Positions 17,347-26,738 of a DNA stretch of 64,000 nucleotides are shown one piece after another. The stretch comes from Gemmatimonadota bacterium (GTDB lineage: Bacteria > Gemmatimonadota > Gemmatimonadetes > Palauibacterales > Palauibacteraceae): positions 49,441 to 113,440 of the forward strand of contig JBHIAV010000002.1 in the NCBI GenBank assembly GCA_046758745.1. Direction: 5' to 3'. The translations under genes were made by a program, and so were the position numbers. Each line of letters opens with the position of its first letter. Within the stretch, counting starts at the first letter, position 1. The notes below the pieces were generated by a model. It was not told where the DNA came from, made no database searches, and saw only the letters and a list, made by a program, of their open reading frames with translations.

Positions 17347-18114
17347 CTATCCCTCCCGGTCGCCGAAGTTGATCGCCATCGTCCCGAATAGGAAGTCGAC
17401 GTAGCCGCACCTCACGAACCCCGCCCGCTGCATCATCGCCGCCACGCCCTCCTGAGCCGGATACCGCTTCAGAGACTCGGGGATGTAGAGATATGACTCC
17501 GCGTCACGGTGCAGCAGCCAGCCAGCCGTCGCGGTGCAAAGGCTCAGGTAGCGCAGGTAAAGCCTGTGCAAGAAGGGCGGATCGGCCCGACCGAAGTCGA
17601 GGCTGACGAGCCGCCCTCCCGGTCGCAGGCAGCGGCGGATTTCGGCCAGGCAGCGGTCCAGCTCGGAGAAGTTGCGCAGGCCGTACCCGATCAGCACGCG
17701 GTCCACGCTGCCGTCTCGGAAAGGGAGATCGATCGCATCGCACTGCAGCCAGCGGACGCTTTGGGCACCGGACCTTCTCCTGCCCTTGTGGAGCATCGCG
17801 GCGGTCAGATCTCCGGCGATGACGCAGTGTGGCGGCCGTGAGCCCCGGGCGGCCCGCAGGGCCAGGTCGCCCGTTCCGGCCGCCAGGTCCAGCACCACGT
17901 CGTCGGACCGGATCCCGGCCAACTCCACCACCGCCTTCTTCCATCGCCGATGTAGCCCGAGCGACATCGCATCGTTGGTCAGGTCGTACCGGCGGGCTAC
18001 CCGGGTGAAGAGCGCTCGCACGTAGCGGCGCTTGTCCCCCGGGTCCGCGATCTGACTGCCAATGCGAGCCCGGGCCCTGCGGGACGAGATCCTCTCGAGC
18101 GTCGTCCGACTCAA
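17347..18114 (-). CDS. menG: UbiE/MenG family methyltransferase
   Basis: YDLTNDAMSLGLHRRWK, LDLAAGTGD, GYGLRN, YLYIPESL. Confidence 0.85.
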   Translation of the reverse strand: MSRTTLERISSRRARARIGSQIADPGDKRRYVRALFTRVARRYDLTNDAMSLGLHRRWKKAVVELAGIRSDDVVLDLAAGTGDLALRAARGSRPPHCVIAGDLTAAMLHKGRRRSGAQSVRWLQCDAIDLPFRDGSVDRVLIGYGLRNFSELDRCLAEIRRCLRPGGRLVSLDFGRADPPFLHRLYLRYLSLCTATAGWLLHRDAESYLYIPESLKRYPAQEGVAAMMQRAGFVRCGYVDFLFGTMAINFGDREG

Positions 18115-18171
18115 ACTACTCCTCGCCCGTGTTCTCGTGGAGCGGCGCCCGTCTACGTCGGGCAGCCGCGT

Positions 18172-19686
18172 TCATCCGCCCTCCGGCGCGCCCACATCGC
18201 CGGCCAGGGCGAGAGCGCGCACGAGAGCCCGCGCCTTGTCCTCCGTCTCCTCCCATTCGCGCTCCGGCACGGAGTCGTGCACGATGCCGGCTCCGGCCTG
18301 GATATACGCCCGATCTCCCACGTTCACGATCGTCCGGATGGCGATGGCCATGTCCATGCTCTCCCCGCCGAAGCCGACGTATCCGGCCGCCCCTCCGTAC
18401 GGACCGCGACGGGTGGGCTCCAGCTCGTCGATGATCTCCATCGCACGGACCTTCGGCGCTCCGGTCAGCGTCCCCGCCGGAAAGGCCGAGCGGAGCGCGT
18501 CGAGGGAGGTGAGACCTTCGCGGAGACGGCCGGTCACCTCGCTGACCAGGTGGATGACGTGGCTGTACTTCTCGATTACCATGAAGTCCGCCAGCCGCAC
18601 GCTCCCGGCTTCTGCGACTCGCGCCACGTCGTTGCGTCCGAGGTCCACGAGCATGAGGTGCTCGGCCCGTTCCTTCTCGTCTGCCAGGAGGTTGTTCGCG
18701 AGCGTGACATCCTCGGCGGGGGTGGAGCCGCGAGGCCGAGTCCCGGCGATCGGTCGCAGCGTGACCTCGCGGTCCTCCACGCGCACCAGCACCTCCGGCG
18801 AGGAGCCGACGAGCCGCACTTCTTCCAGTTCAAGCAGGTACAGGTAGGGGGAAGGGTTCAGCGTGCGGAGCGTCCGGTATACCTGGAGGACGGGCGCCGG
18901 CATCTGCGCGTCGATCCGCTGGGAGATCACTACCTGAAACGCGTCTCCGGCCCGAATGTAATCGCGTACGCGACTCACGGCGTCACGGTAGTTCTCCGCC
19001 GAGCGGTTCGATACGAAGGAGACCGCTCGTTCCGAGGCGAGGGACAAGGGACGCAGGCCGGACGGCTGGTTGAGGCGCTCCAGCCACTCCTGCAGCCTTC
19101 GCACCTCGTGTCGGTAAAGACCGTCCAGCGCCACGCCACCGTCGGGGATGGGGACGCCGGTGACGGCGAGCGCGCGGTCGAACAGGTTGTCGATGATCAG
19201 AACGTGGTCCGTCATTAGAAAGCAGGCATCGGGACAGGGCACGTCCCTCGGCGGCGCCGCCGGGAGCCGCTCGAACCAGCGCACCGTGTCGTAGCCGAAG
19301 AAACCGACGGCCCCTCCCCAGAACCGCGGCAGCCCCGGCCAGGTCACGGGTCGGTACCGTCCGAGCCAGACGCCAAACTCGGCCAGCGGGTCGGTGGTGC
19401 GCCCGACCTCGCGCCAACCTCGCGTGGGGCTCCACCGTTCCACCCGGTCATCGGTGAGCCGCCACGCCTCGCGCGGTTCGGAGCCGACGAAGCTGTAGCG
19501 AGCCCAGCGCTCACCGCCGATCACCGATTCGAGAAGAAAAGCGAACGGCCCCTGCCGCAGCTTGCTGTATGCCGTGACGGCCGTCTCCGTGTCGAAGGGA
19601 AACTCGATGCAGACGGGCACGATGTGCCCGGGGCGGGCAAGTGTCCGGAATGTCTCCAGGTCCGGCGCGGGGTCGCTAGCGATCAT
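18172..19686 (-). CDS. trpE: Anthranilate synthase component I
   Basis: LLESV..GERWARYSF, GDAFQVVISQR, NPSPY, GSSPE, RPIAGT, EHLMLVDLGRND, GAPKVRAM. Confidence 0.93.
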   Translation of the reverse strand: MIASDPAPDLETFRTLARPGHIVPVCIEFPFDTETAVTAYSKLRQGPFAFLLESVIGGERWARYSFVGSEPREAWRLTDDRVERWSPTRGWREVGRTTDPLAEFGVWLGRYRPVTWPGLPRFWGGAVGFFGYDTVRWFERLPAAPPRDVPCPDACFLMTDHVLIIDNLFDRALAVTGVPIPDGGVALDGLYRHEVRRLQEWLERLNQPSGLRPLSLASERAVSFVSNRSAENYRDAVSRVRDYIRAGDAFQVVISQRIDAQMPAPVLQVYRTLRTLNPSPYLYLLELEEVRLVGSSPEVLVRVEDREVTLRPIAGTRPRGSTPAEDVTLANNLLADEKERAEHLMLVDLGRNDVARVAEAGSVRLADFMVIEKYSHVIHLVSEVTGRLREGLTSLDALRSAFPAGTLTGAPKVRAMEIIDELEPTRRGPYGGAAGYVGFGGESMDMAIAIRTIVNVGDRAYIQAGAGIVHDSVPEREWEETEDKARALVRALALAGDVGAPEGG

Positions 19687-19709
19687 GATCCTCTCGGTCG
19701 GGGACTTCG

Positions 19710-20387
19710 TCAGTACAGTCTGACCACCACGCCAACCCCGACGAGAAGATCGGTCTGTGAGATTTCGTCGTCGCTGATCCCGGCATCGTAGGAGCCGCGC
19801 GTGGCCCGAATTCCCGCCCGGAGCCCCCACCGGTCCGCGATGCGGACGAAGACCGAGATGCGGCCCGAAGCCACCAGATCGGTCGAATCCTCGAGGTCCG
19901 GCTCGGCGATCGGATCCACATTGATCCTCCGGAAGCCCAGTCCGAGTCCCCACTCCGGCTGCACGACCGACGCTTCGCCCCGGTCCCGATATCGGTATCG
20001 GACGTCGATCACGCCCGCGAAGTACTCGGCATCGCCGAGCCCGCCAGGGAGGACGAAGCCCTGCGCGCCGGCGGACTGGTTCACCTCCATCTGGCTGTAT
20101 GTGCCCTCCGCGCCGAGGCCGAGGCCGGACGGATGCCACAGGATCAACTCGCCTCCGAACATCCCGGTGCTGGCGAGGTTGGTGTCGAACCCGAAGCGGT
20201 TCTCGGTCAGGTTGCCGAGCGGAATGATCGCCCCCCCGGCGGCTCCCAGCTGCACGGAGACCGGGCGGGAAGGCGGTCGCTCCGGGGCATCCGGTGATTG
20301 CGCGGCGGCCAAGCGATCGGCGGACACGGTCAGTCCGAGAGCGGCGAGAAGAACAGCGGGGCGAACCGGCGATCGACCAAGGAGCAT
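19710..20387 (-). CDS. Outer-membrane beta-barrel protein
   Basis: Signal peptide, alternating amphipathic strands, aromatic C-terminus (VGVVVRLY). Confidence 0.65.
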   Translation of the reverse strand: MLLGRSPVRPAVLLAALGLTVSADRLAAAQSPDAPERPPSRPVSVQLGAAGGAIIPLGNLTENRFGFDTNLASTGMFGGELILWHPSGLGLGAEGTYSQMEVNQSAGAQGFVLPGGLGDAEYFAGVIDVRYRYRDRGEASVVQPEWGLGLGFRRINVDPIAEPDLEDSTDLVASGRISVFVRIADRWGLRAGIRATRGSYDAGISDDEISQTDLLVGVGVVVRLY

Positions 20388-20489
20388 TTCCTCAACCCCC
20401 CCTCGTTTCCTGTCCCAGGTGTTCCGCCCCGCGCGCCGTGCAGCGGCGGCCCGGCACGGTTACGGATCCGCACCTCCGCGCCGGATCGT

Positions 20490-23372
20490 CTACTTGGCGC
20501 GCCCGACCATGACCTGGATGCGCCCCGTCTCCGGCGGAGATCCCCCTCCGTGCGACGCTAGCTCGAGGGAAACGGCGTCGGCGTCGACCGTCTCCGCGAA
20601 CAGGAAGTATATGGATGTGGAGCTTCCGAGCTCGAACTCGAAGGCGGAACCGACCGGTAACTCCGTCACCGCCAGTGGATACCCCTCGGGGGGAAAGAGC
20701 GTCCGGTTCCCCGGCTCTGCCTGGAGCTGGGCGAAGGTGCGCCGGAGATCCCATGTCCCCACCTGGAGGCCGTTCGGGAAAGCGCCCCCCCGAAGGTCGT
20801 CGCCGGCCAGGGCGATGGAGAACTCGGCCAGCAGCTCTTCCCACCGACGGCCGGTCGCCGCCTCCACGTTCTGGATGCCGGCCAGGTAGCGCGACCCACC
20901 GGTCGAGAGACGGCGGAAGAAAGCGGTCTCGTCCGCTCCGGGCAGCCGGTCAGCCAGCCAGCGCAGAAATATCCAGGCGAAGCCGCGCATCTGCAGGCTC
21001 TCGAAGCCGAGCGGGTCCGTCGCGGCGATCGCCGGTGTGGTGGCCGGGCTCACCATGTGCAGGCGCAGCCGCGCGAAGTTGGTGAAGTGGAACGCTCGGA
21101 ACGCATCCGAGGAGCCGCGGCTGTCGGTGAAGTCGTCGAAGGTCAGGTTCCGGCCGACGGACGCCCCCACGGCCGCGAGCCCATTCACCTCTTCCGCGAT
21201 GTGGCTCATTCCCTCGGCCAGCCAGATCGTCTCCTGTTGCTCGAACTCCGCGTCGCCCAGGATGAGGCGCTGCTCGGCGCTGATCAGATGTTGGATCTCG
21301 TGGGCGGTGATGACCCGGGCGTTGGGGAGTGCCCGATCGCGGCGGAAGGGGTCGGAGAAATCACCCTCCGGGTCCGGAACCGGCAGGTAGACGATTTCGG
21401 CCTCGTTGCTGGTAGGACAGCCCTCCCCGTTCTCGTCCTGCAGGCCGCTCTTCTCCGGATCCCCGGAGTCCGCGAGGTCGAGCGCCAGAAAGAAGCCTCC
21501 GATGAGCGCTCCGCTACCCCGGGGAGTGAGCCGGTTCACCTGCGGGGTGAAGAGCACGATCACCTGGCCGTTCCCGTCGATGTCGGCCGGTTCGCCGAAA
21601 TACACGACGTCGGTGGGGAGGGTGACCTCCTCGATCTCACGGCTTAGGAAATCCCAGTCCGCATCCGTGAAGCCGCCCGCCGGAGCGTCGGCATCCTCCA
21701 CCAGGAGGGCGCGCGGCCCGGAGCTACGCACCACACCGTGGACGACGGCGGCTGTGTCGGTGCATGACACCTCCAGCGTCGCGGGATCGACGGCGAAGGC
21801 GAAGCGGATCGTGTCGCCTGGCGCGGCACGAGAGCCGGAAACGACGCCCAGCCGCCCGGGACTTCCGGCGGGCGGCCTGAGCGGGCGCGCACCCGCCCGG
21901 AGAAGCTCGCGGAGCGAGGACGCACGCAGTCGCGTCTCGATGTCGGCGCCACCGTGCACGAGCGGCCACACATCCGCGTCGGCCGCTCGCTCCGACAGTG
22001 CGAGGCTGGCCGGGATGGGCTCACCGCTCACGCTGGAGGCGGATCGGACGATGAGGCGGAGCGGCGTCCGGCCGCCTTCCGTTGCCGAGGCACTCTGCAC
22101 GGCGACGAAGTGTTCACGCGCGGTGGGGGGAGAGGCGAAGACCAAGCACCGTATCTGCGCGAGATCCTCGATCAGCCGAGTCTCGCCCGCGGCGAGGTCG
22201 ATCGGGTCGAGAGCGGGTGAGAGATCCACGAACACGCCGTTGCTCGGCCTCACCCCTCCGGCCAGCACCCGCAGCCCGACGCGCCGCGGCGGGAGGCAGC
22301 GGTCGGCGAAGCTCGGCACCTCGATCTCCAGGACCGTCGGCGCCCCGGACAACACGCGGGCGACCACTCCGTCCACGAAGACCTCGCTGCCGGACGGGAG
22401 GGGGCCGAAGAGAAGCCCGGAGCCGTACACGCGGGCGCGCTCGCCCGCGACGAGGGAGGATGGAACCACCGAGTCAATCCGCACGCTCGTCGCGAGCTCC
22501 GTCACCGCGCGGATCTGGAAGAGCGCTGTGTCCGATGCGTAGGGCTCCGGAACGAAGGCGCGGACGATGTGGTCCCCTGGCTCCCGGCCGACAGTCACCA
22601 GCACACGCGCATCGCCGAGCTCATCCGTGTGCACCGTGTCGGCTGTGAGCCGGGCGCCATCGGTTCCCTGCGCGAGTTCCCACACGACCGGGCGCCCCCC
22701 CACCGCATCTATGTCGACAGGGAGGACGCGAACCGAGAGCGGCCTGGGAACCTGCGTCCCCACCTCGATTTCCTGGTCGTCTCCGCTCACGATCTGGACC
22801 CGCATCACGCCGGCGGGGAGGATGCGGACCCGGAAGACGGCCGCCCGAACCCGTGGGTGGTCGGGGAGGTCGGCCCGCACCCGCACCGTCACGGCGGTCA
22901 CGTCGGCCACGAAGCTTCCGCGGGCGATTCCGCGCTCGTCCGTGGAGGCGATGGGAGGGTCCACGAAGCCGCCCGCCTGGGTCGGTTGGAAGCGCACCCG
23001 CACCGCGGGAATCGGGCTGCCTCCCGATGTCTCCACTCGCACCTCGAGCAGGGAGTCCGACACCTCTCCCGCCACGGCCGCCGGCTCGGCGCTGCCGAGC
23101 AGGATGACGCGGGCGGGGTCGTCGGGGCCGACGACCTCCGAGTCGCACGCCCCCGCGCTGACTGCGCTGAGGAGCAGGCTGGTGGCGACACGGATCGTGG
23201 GCGCACTGTGCAAGGTGCGCGGGAGCAGCCGTCTCTTCGGCTGGCAGGATCGCATCGGTCTCCTCGGCAGCGGACCGAAGGGAAGCAAAGGCCTCGCGCT
23301 CGGACGGAAAGTCAGTGACGCTTCGGCATCGGGCAAGGCATGTCGCCGTGAAGTGGGGAGACGGCCGTTCAA
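20490..23372 (-). CDS. Large secreted protein/lipoprotein with Ig-like repeats and a zincin metallopeptidase domain
   Basis: SAGAC lipobox-like motif, Big_1-like 'STDERGIARG' and 'HTDELGDARV', 'DIDGNGQVIVLFTPQVN', HEIQH plus WLAEGMSHIAE. True start is probably downstream of 23372. Confidence 0.75.
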   Translation of the reverse strand: MNGRLPTSRRHALPDAEASLTFRPSARPLLPFGPLPRRPMRSCQPKRRLLPRTLHSAPTIRVATSLLLSAVSAGACDSEVVGPDDPARVILLGSAEPAAVAGEVSDSLLEVRVETSGGSPIPAVRVRFQPTQAGGFVDPPIASTDERGIARGSFVADVTAVTVRVRADLPDHPRVRAAVFRVRILPAGVMRVQIVSGDDQEIEVGTQVPRPLSVRVLPVDIDAVGGRPVVWELAQGTDGARLTADTVHTDELGDARVLVTVGREPGDHIVRAFVPEPYASDTALFQIRAVTELATSVRIDSVVPSSLVAGERARVYGSGLLFGPLPSGSEVFVDGVVARVLSGAPTVLEIEVPSFADRCLPPRRVGLRVLAGGVRPSNGVFVDLSPALDPIDLAAGETRLIEDLAQIRCLVFASPPTAREHFVAVQSASATEGGRTPLRLIVRSASSVSGEPIPASLALSERAADADVWPLVHGGADIETRLRASSLRELLRAGARPLRPPAGSPGRLGVVSGSRAAPGDTIRFAFAVDPATLEVSCTDTAAVVHGVVRSSGPRALLVEDADAPAGGFTDADWDFLSREIEEVTLPTDVVYFGEPADIDGNGQVIVLFTPQVNRLTPRGSGALIGGFFLALDLADSGDPEKSGLQDENGEGCPTSNEAEIVYLPVPDPEGDFSDPFRRDRALPNARVITAHEIQHLISAEQRLILGDAEFEQQETIWLAEGMSHIAEEVNGLAAVGASVGRNLTFDDFTDSRGSSDAFRAFHFTNFARLRLHMVSPATTPAIAATDPLGFESLQMRGFAWIFLRWLADRLPGADETAFFRRLSTGGSRYLAGIQNVEAATGRRWEELLAEFSIALAGDDLRGGAFPNGLQVGTWDLRRTFAQLQAEPGNRTLFPPEGYPLAVTELPVGSAFEFELGSSTSIYFLFAETVDADAVSLELASHGGGSPPETGRIQVMVGRAK

Positions 23373-23468
23373 CTCCCCGCACCTCCTCGCCGTCTAATCA
23401 GATGAACCGCCGGCGATGAGAAGGGTATCGACGATCGGGGTCCGCGATTTCAAACCGGGAGGCGAAAA

Positions 23469-24107
23469 ATGTCTCGAGGCTCTGGGTCAGGCACACCGTG
23501 GTACGCGCCCGGCGCGACGGGGTTCTTGCTGCTCACCGCCGCCCTGGGGACCGCGTGCGGTGGGAAGCGAGTGTCACGGATCGATCCGGCGGCGGTCACC
23601 GACCTTTCCGGTCGGTGGAACGACACGGATTCCCGCCTGGTGGCGAACCGGCTCATCGAGGAAAGCCTGTCGCACCCGTGGCATGCCCGCTTCGCCGAGA
23701 CGCACGGCGGCGAGGCGCCGCGGGTCATCGTCGGGACCTTCCGGAACCGGTCCATGGAGCACATCCCGGTGAGCACGTTCGTGCGAGACCTCGAGCGCGC
23801 CTTCGTCAACTCGGGCCTCGTGACGCTGGTGGCCTCTTCGGAGGAGCGGGAGGAGCTTCGGGCCGAGCGAGAAGACCAGCAGGAGCAAGCCAGGGCCGAT
23901 ACACGCGCGGAGCTCGGGCGTGAGCTCGGAGCGAACTACATGCTGCACGGGGAGATCCAATCGATCGAAGATGAGGAAGGCCGCGAGAAGATCGTCTTCT
24001 ATCAGATCGATGCCACCCTCATCGACCTTGAGTCGAACGTGGTCACGTGGGCCGGGCAGCACAAGATCAAGAAGTACATCGAGCGATCCCGGTTCGGGAG
24101 CGACTGA
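23469..24107 (+). CDS. lpoB: LpoB-like (penicillin-binding protein activator family) lipoprotein
   Basis: GTAC lipobox, 'VTDLSGRWNDTDSRLVA', 'NRSMEHI', 'YQIDATLIDLE...KIKK'. Confidence 0.8.
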   Translation: MSRGSGSGTPWYAPGATGFLLLTAALGTACGGKRVSRIDPAAVTDLSGRWNDTDSRLVANRLIEESLSHPWHARFAETHGGEAPRVIVGTFRNRSMEHIPVSTFVRDLERAFVNSGLVTLVASSEEREELRAEREDQQEQARADTRAELGRELGANYMLHGEIQSIEDEEGREKIVFYQIDATLIDLESNVVTWAGQHKIKKYIERSRFGSD

Positions 24108-24174
24108 CGGGCCGGCTCGCGCGGGCTTCGCTGCGAGGGCGAGCGAGGCAAGGGGCTCATACGAGAGGTGAACG

Positions 24175-24975
24175 ATGACCAAGAGGCTGCTGCTACTGGG
24201 CGTCCTCGGGCTCGCCGCCTATTCCGCCAAGCGGGTGCACGAGGAGCCGATCATCGAGCAGGGTGACCGGATACCGGATCCGGAGGCGACCGCCGCGGCG
24301 ACGGCCGCAGGGCAGAGCGAACGCGCCGAGATGGCGAGGGAGCAGGAGGATCTGACAGCGGCTGCGCTCGCCGAGTGCGAGCCCGAGATCTGCGAGGCCG
24401 TCGTCCGGGGCGAGGTCGTTCTCGGGATGAATGCGGTCCAGGTGTTCGCGGCGACGCGCACCACGCCGGGCGCGTGGACGGCACGCAGGGCCGGGAATGC
24501 CGAGGTCCTCGTGCCTCGCTCGCTCGAGCTCGCCCCCCGAGACGCGGTGAGTGAGCTGGCGGTGGTGCGCCTCGCCGACGGCCGCGTGAGCCAGTACGGC
24601 TACCGAGAGGTATCGGGGATGCGGCTCGTCAGCTCGCCGGCCGACGCGACGACGGAGGGCCGCTCGGCCGCCCTGGCGGAAGACCTGATCCGCGAGGGAG
24701 ACGAGCTCGCCGCGGCTGGAGACCTGGAGCGTGCGCTCGACCGGTACGACCGCGCGAGCATCCTGAGGCCGGCCGACGCGCTGCTCGACTACCGCATCGC
24801 CACGGTTCTCGAGAAGACGCTGAGGCCGATCGAGGCCCTGATTCAGTATCAGCTCTTTCTCCACCGGCTGGAGCTGGAACGCATCGAGGCCGAGGGTGAC
24901 GCGGCGGCCAAGCTCGCGGATGCGATAGCGCACGCGAAGGAGCGCATCATCGTCCTCGAGAAGCACGGGGGATGA
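24175..24975 (+). CDS. Hypothetical exported protein with C-terminal TPR
   Basis: GAGGTG RBS, signal-like N-terminus, TPR-like 'GDLERALDRYDRASILRP'. Confidence 0.72.
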   Translation: MTKRLLLLGVLGLAAYSAKRVHEEPIIEQGDRIPDPEATAAATAAGQSERAEMAREQEDLTAAALAECEPEICEAVVRGEVVLGMNAVQVFAATRTTPGAWTARRAGNAEVLVPRSLELAPRDAVSELAVVRLADGRVSQYGYREVSGMRLVSSPADATTEGRSAALAEDLIREGDELAAAGDLERALDRYDRASILRPADALLDYRIATVLEKTLRPIEALIQYQLFLHRLELERIEAEGDAAAKLADAIAHAKERIIVLEKHGG

Positions 24976-24978
24976 GCG

Positions 24979-26568
24979 ATGAGGCCGCGGTCTCGGGCCG
25001 TGGCCGGGCAGCGTAGAGACCGAAGGGGGCTCATCTTCGCGGCCATCCTCGCCGTCACGCTCCCGACGACGGGCTGCGCGAGCCTCTTCTCTTCGGGACC
25101 CCTCGCGCCGAACGGCCTTCCGCGGAAAGAGGATGCGCTCCGCCGCCGGCTCGCCGCGGGTGACTACGGCGAGGCGCTGTCCGCCCTCGAGCCGGGCGGG
25201 GAGATCGACCCCGGGGACGATCTGCTCGCCCTCATGTACCGGGGCCTCGTCGCCCACTACGGGGGCAGGTACGAGGAGAGCAGCGCCTCTCTCGAGCAGG
25301 CGGAGCGGGAGGCCGAGGACCGTTATACCAAGAGCCTCAGCCGTGCGCTGCTGTCGCTCATCACCAGCGACCGCGTCCTCAAGTACGATCCGAAGCCCAC
25401 CGAGCGTCTTCTGCTCCACTACTACGGCGCGCTCAACTACCTGCGAGTCGGCGACATGGACGAGGCGGCCGTCGAGGCGCGACGGCTGACCCATCTTCTC
25501 GACCTTTTCGAGGAGAAACCGGTGGGGGCGGAGGAGGGAGCCGTTCGGGGCCTGATGAGGTACTTCGCCGGCGCCGTGTTCGAGGCGAGCGGTGAGGCGA
25601 ACGACGCGGAGGTGGCATACCGCCTCGCCAGGGCGCGAGGGATCCGCACCGTGTCGGCTCCTCCGGATGCCGGTGCCGACGAGTCGATCGCGGGAACCGG
25701 GGAGGTGCTCGTCCTGGTCGAGAAGGGATTCGTGGCGCACCGCATCGAAGAGTCGCTCAACATCGTGCTGTGGCCGCACGAGCTCGAGGTCTTCCAGAGC
25801 GGCCCGGAGCCGCTTCGCCTCACTACGTCGACGTGTGTGGTCGAGTACGCGCTCGGGGATCCGGCGGCCCGGCCCGTCGTTCCGGCGGCGGATGTGCCGG
25901 CCGCACTCCGCGCCTCCGTGAAGCGTTCGCGGCGCCCCCGGGGGAGGGAGCGGTGCCTCCCTTGGCCGCCGAGACAAGAGGTGGTCGGGGAAGAGAAAGA
26001 CGAAACGCACTCCGCCGAGGAGACGTCCTCCGGGGGTCATGCGAAGTCCGCCGAGGCCGAAGAGCGCCGCACCAGGCCGTACCTTCTGCGCATCGCGTTG
26101 CCGGCGTACCGGCGGAGCGGGGAGCTTCACGCTCCCGTGCACGTCGTGCTGGACGAGGGCGAGCCAGCTCCCATCGCTTGGTCGGCCAACCTCTCGGACG
26201 CCGTGATCGCCGAGTTCGAAGCAGGAGCGGTCCCGCTCCTCATCAAGACGCTGGCCCGCACGGCGGTGAAGTACGCGGTGGCCCGCAAGCTGGAGGATGA
26301 GGCGCGCGAGGAGGACAAGACTCTCGGCGATATCGTGGGGGCGTTGGCCGATGCCGGCAGCGCTCTACTGGAGCGGGCGGACACCCGGGCGTGGCATCTT
26401 CTCCCCGACGAGATCGGCGTGACGCGGCTCCGCCTGCCGGCGGGGGAGCACACGCTGGCTCTCCGCGTCGGACGCGTGGGCACCGGATCCGAGCGACGCA
26501 TCGCGCTCGGTCCGGTCGAGGTTCGCCCCGGCGCCGTGCGGATCGTCTCCGCGCGCGTGTGGCGCTAA
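24979..26568 (+). CDS. COG3014-like lipoprotein (commonly paired with LpoB-like genes)
   Basis: TTGC lipobox, 'LHYYGALNYL...AAVEARR', 'ERADTRAWHLLP'. Confidence 0.78.
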   Translation: MRPRSRAVAGQRRDRRGLIFAAILAVTLPTTGCASLFSSGPLAPNGLPRKEDALRRRLAAGDYGEALSALEPGGEIDPGDDLLALMYRGLVAHYGGRYEESSASLEQAEREAEDRYTKSLSRALLSLITSDRVLKYDPKPTERLLLHYYGALNYLRVGDMDEAAVEARRLTHLLDLFEEKPVGAEEGAVRGLMRYFAGAVFEASGEANDAEVAYRLARARGIRTVSAPPDAGADESIAGTGEVLVLVEKGFVAHRIEESLNIVLWPHELEVFQSGPEPLRLTTSTCVVEYALGDPAARPVVPAADVPAALRASVKRSRRPRGRERCLPWPPRQEVVGEEKDETHSAEETSSGGHAKSAEAEERRTRPYLLRIALPAYRRSGELHAPVHVVLDEGEPAPIAWSANLSDAVIAEFEAGAVPLLIKTLARTAVKYAVARKLEDEAREEDKTLGDIVGALADAGSALLERADTRAWHLLPDEIGVTRLRLPAGEHTLALRVGRVGTGSERRIALGPVEVRPGAVRIVSARVWR

Positions 26569-26738
26569 CGGCTCTCGCTCCGCCGGGACAGCACCGGCTT
26601 CCTTCGCTGCAGCTCCTACTTCCGCCGGTTGGCCGCCTCGCGGCGGCGCGCTAGATTCTCGCGCTTCGCCCACGCGGCACGCCTTCGGCGCGTGCCATCT
26701 CGTTCGAAGTCAGCTGTACTTCGGGAACCAGGCGGTGC

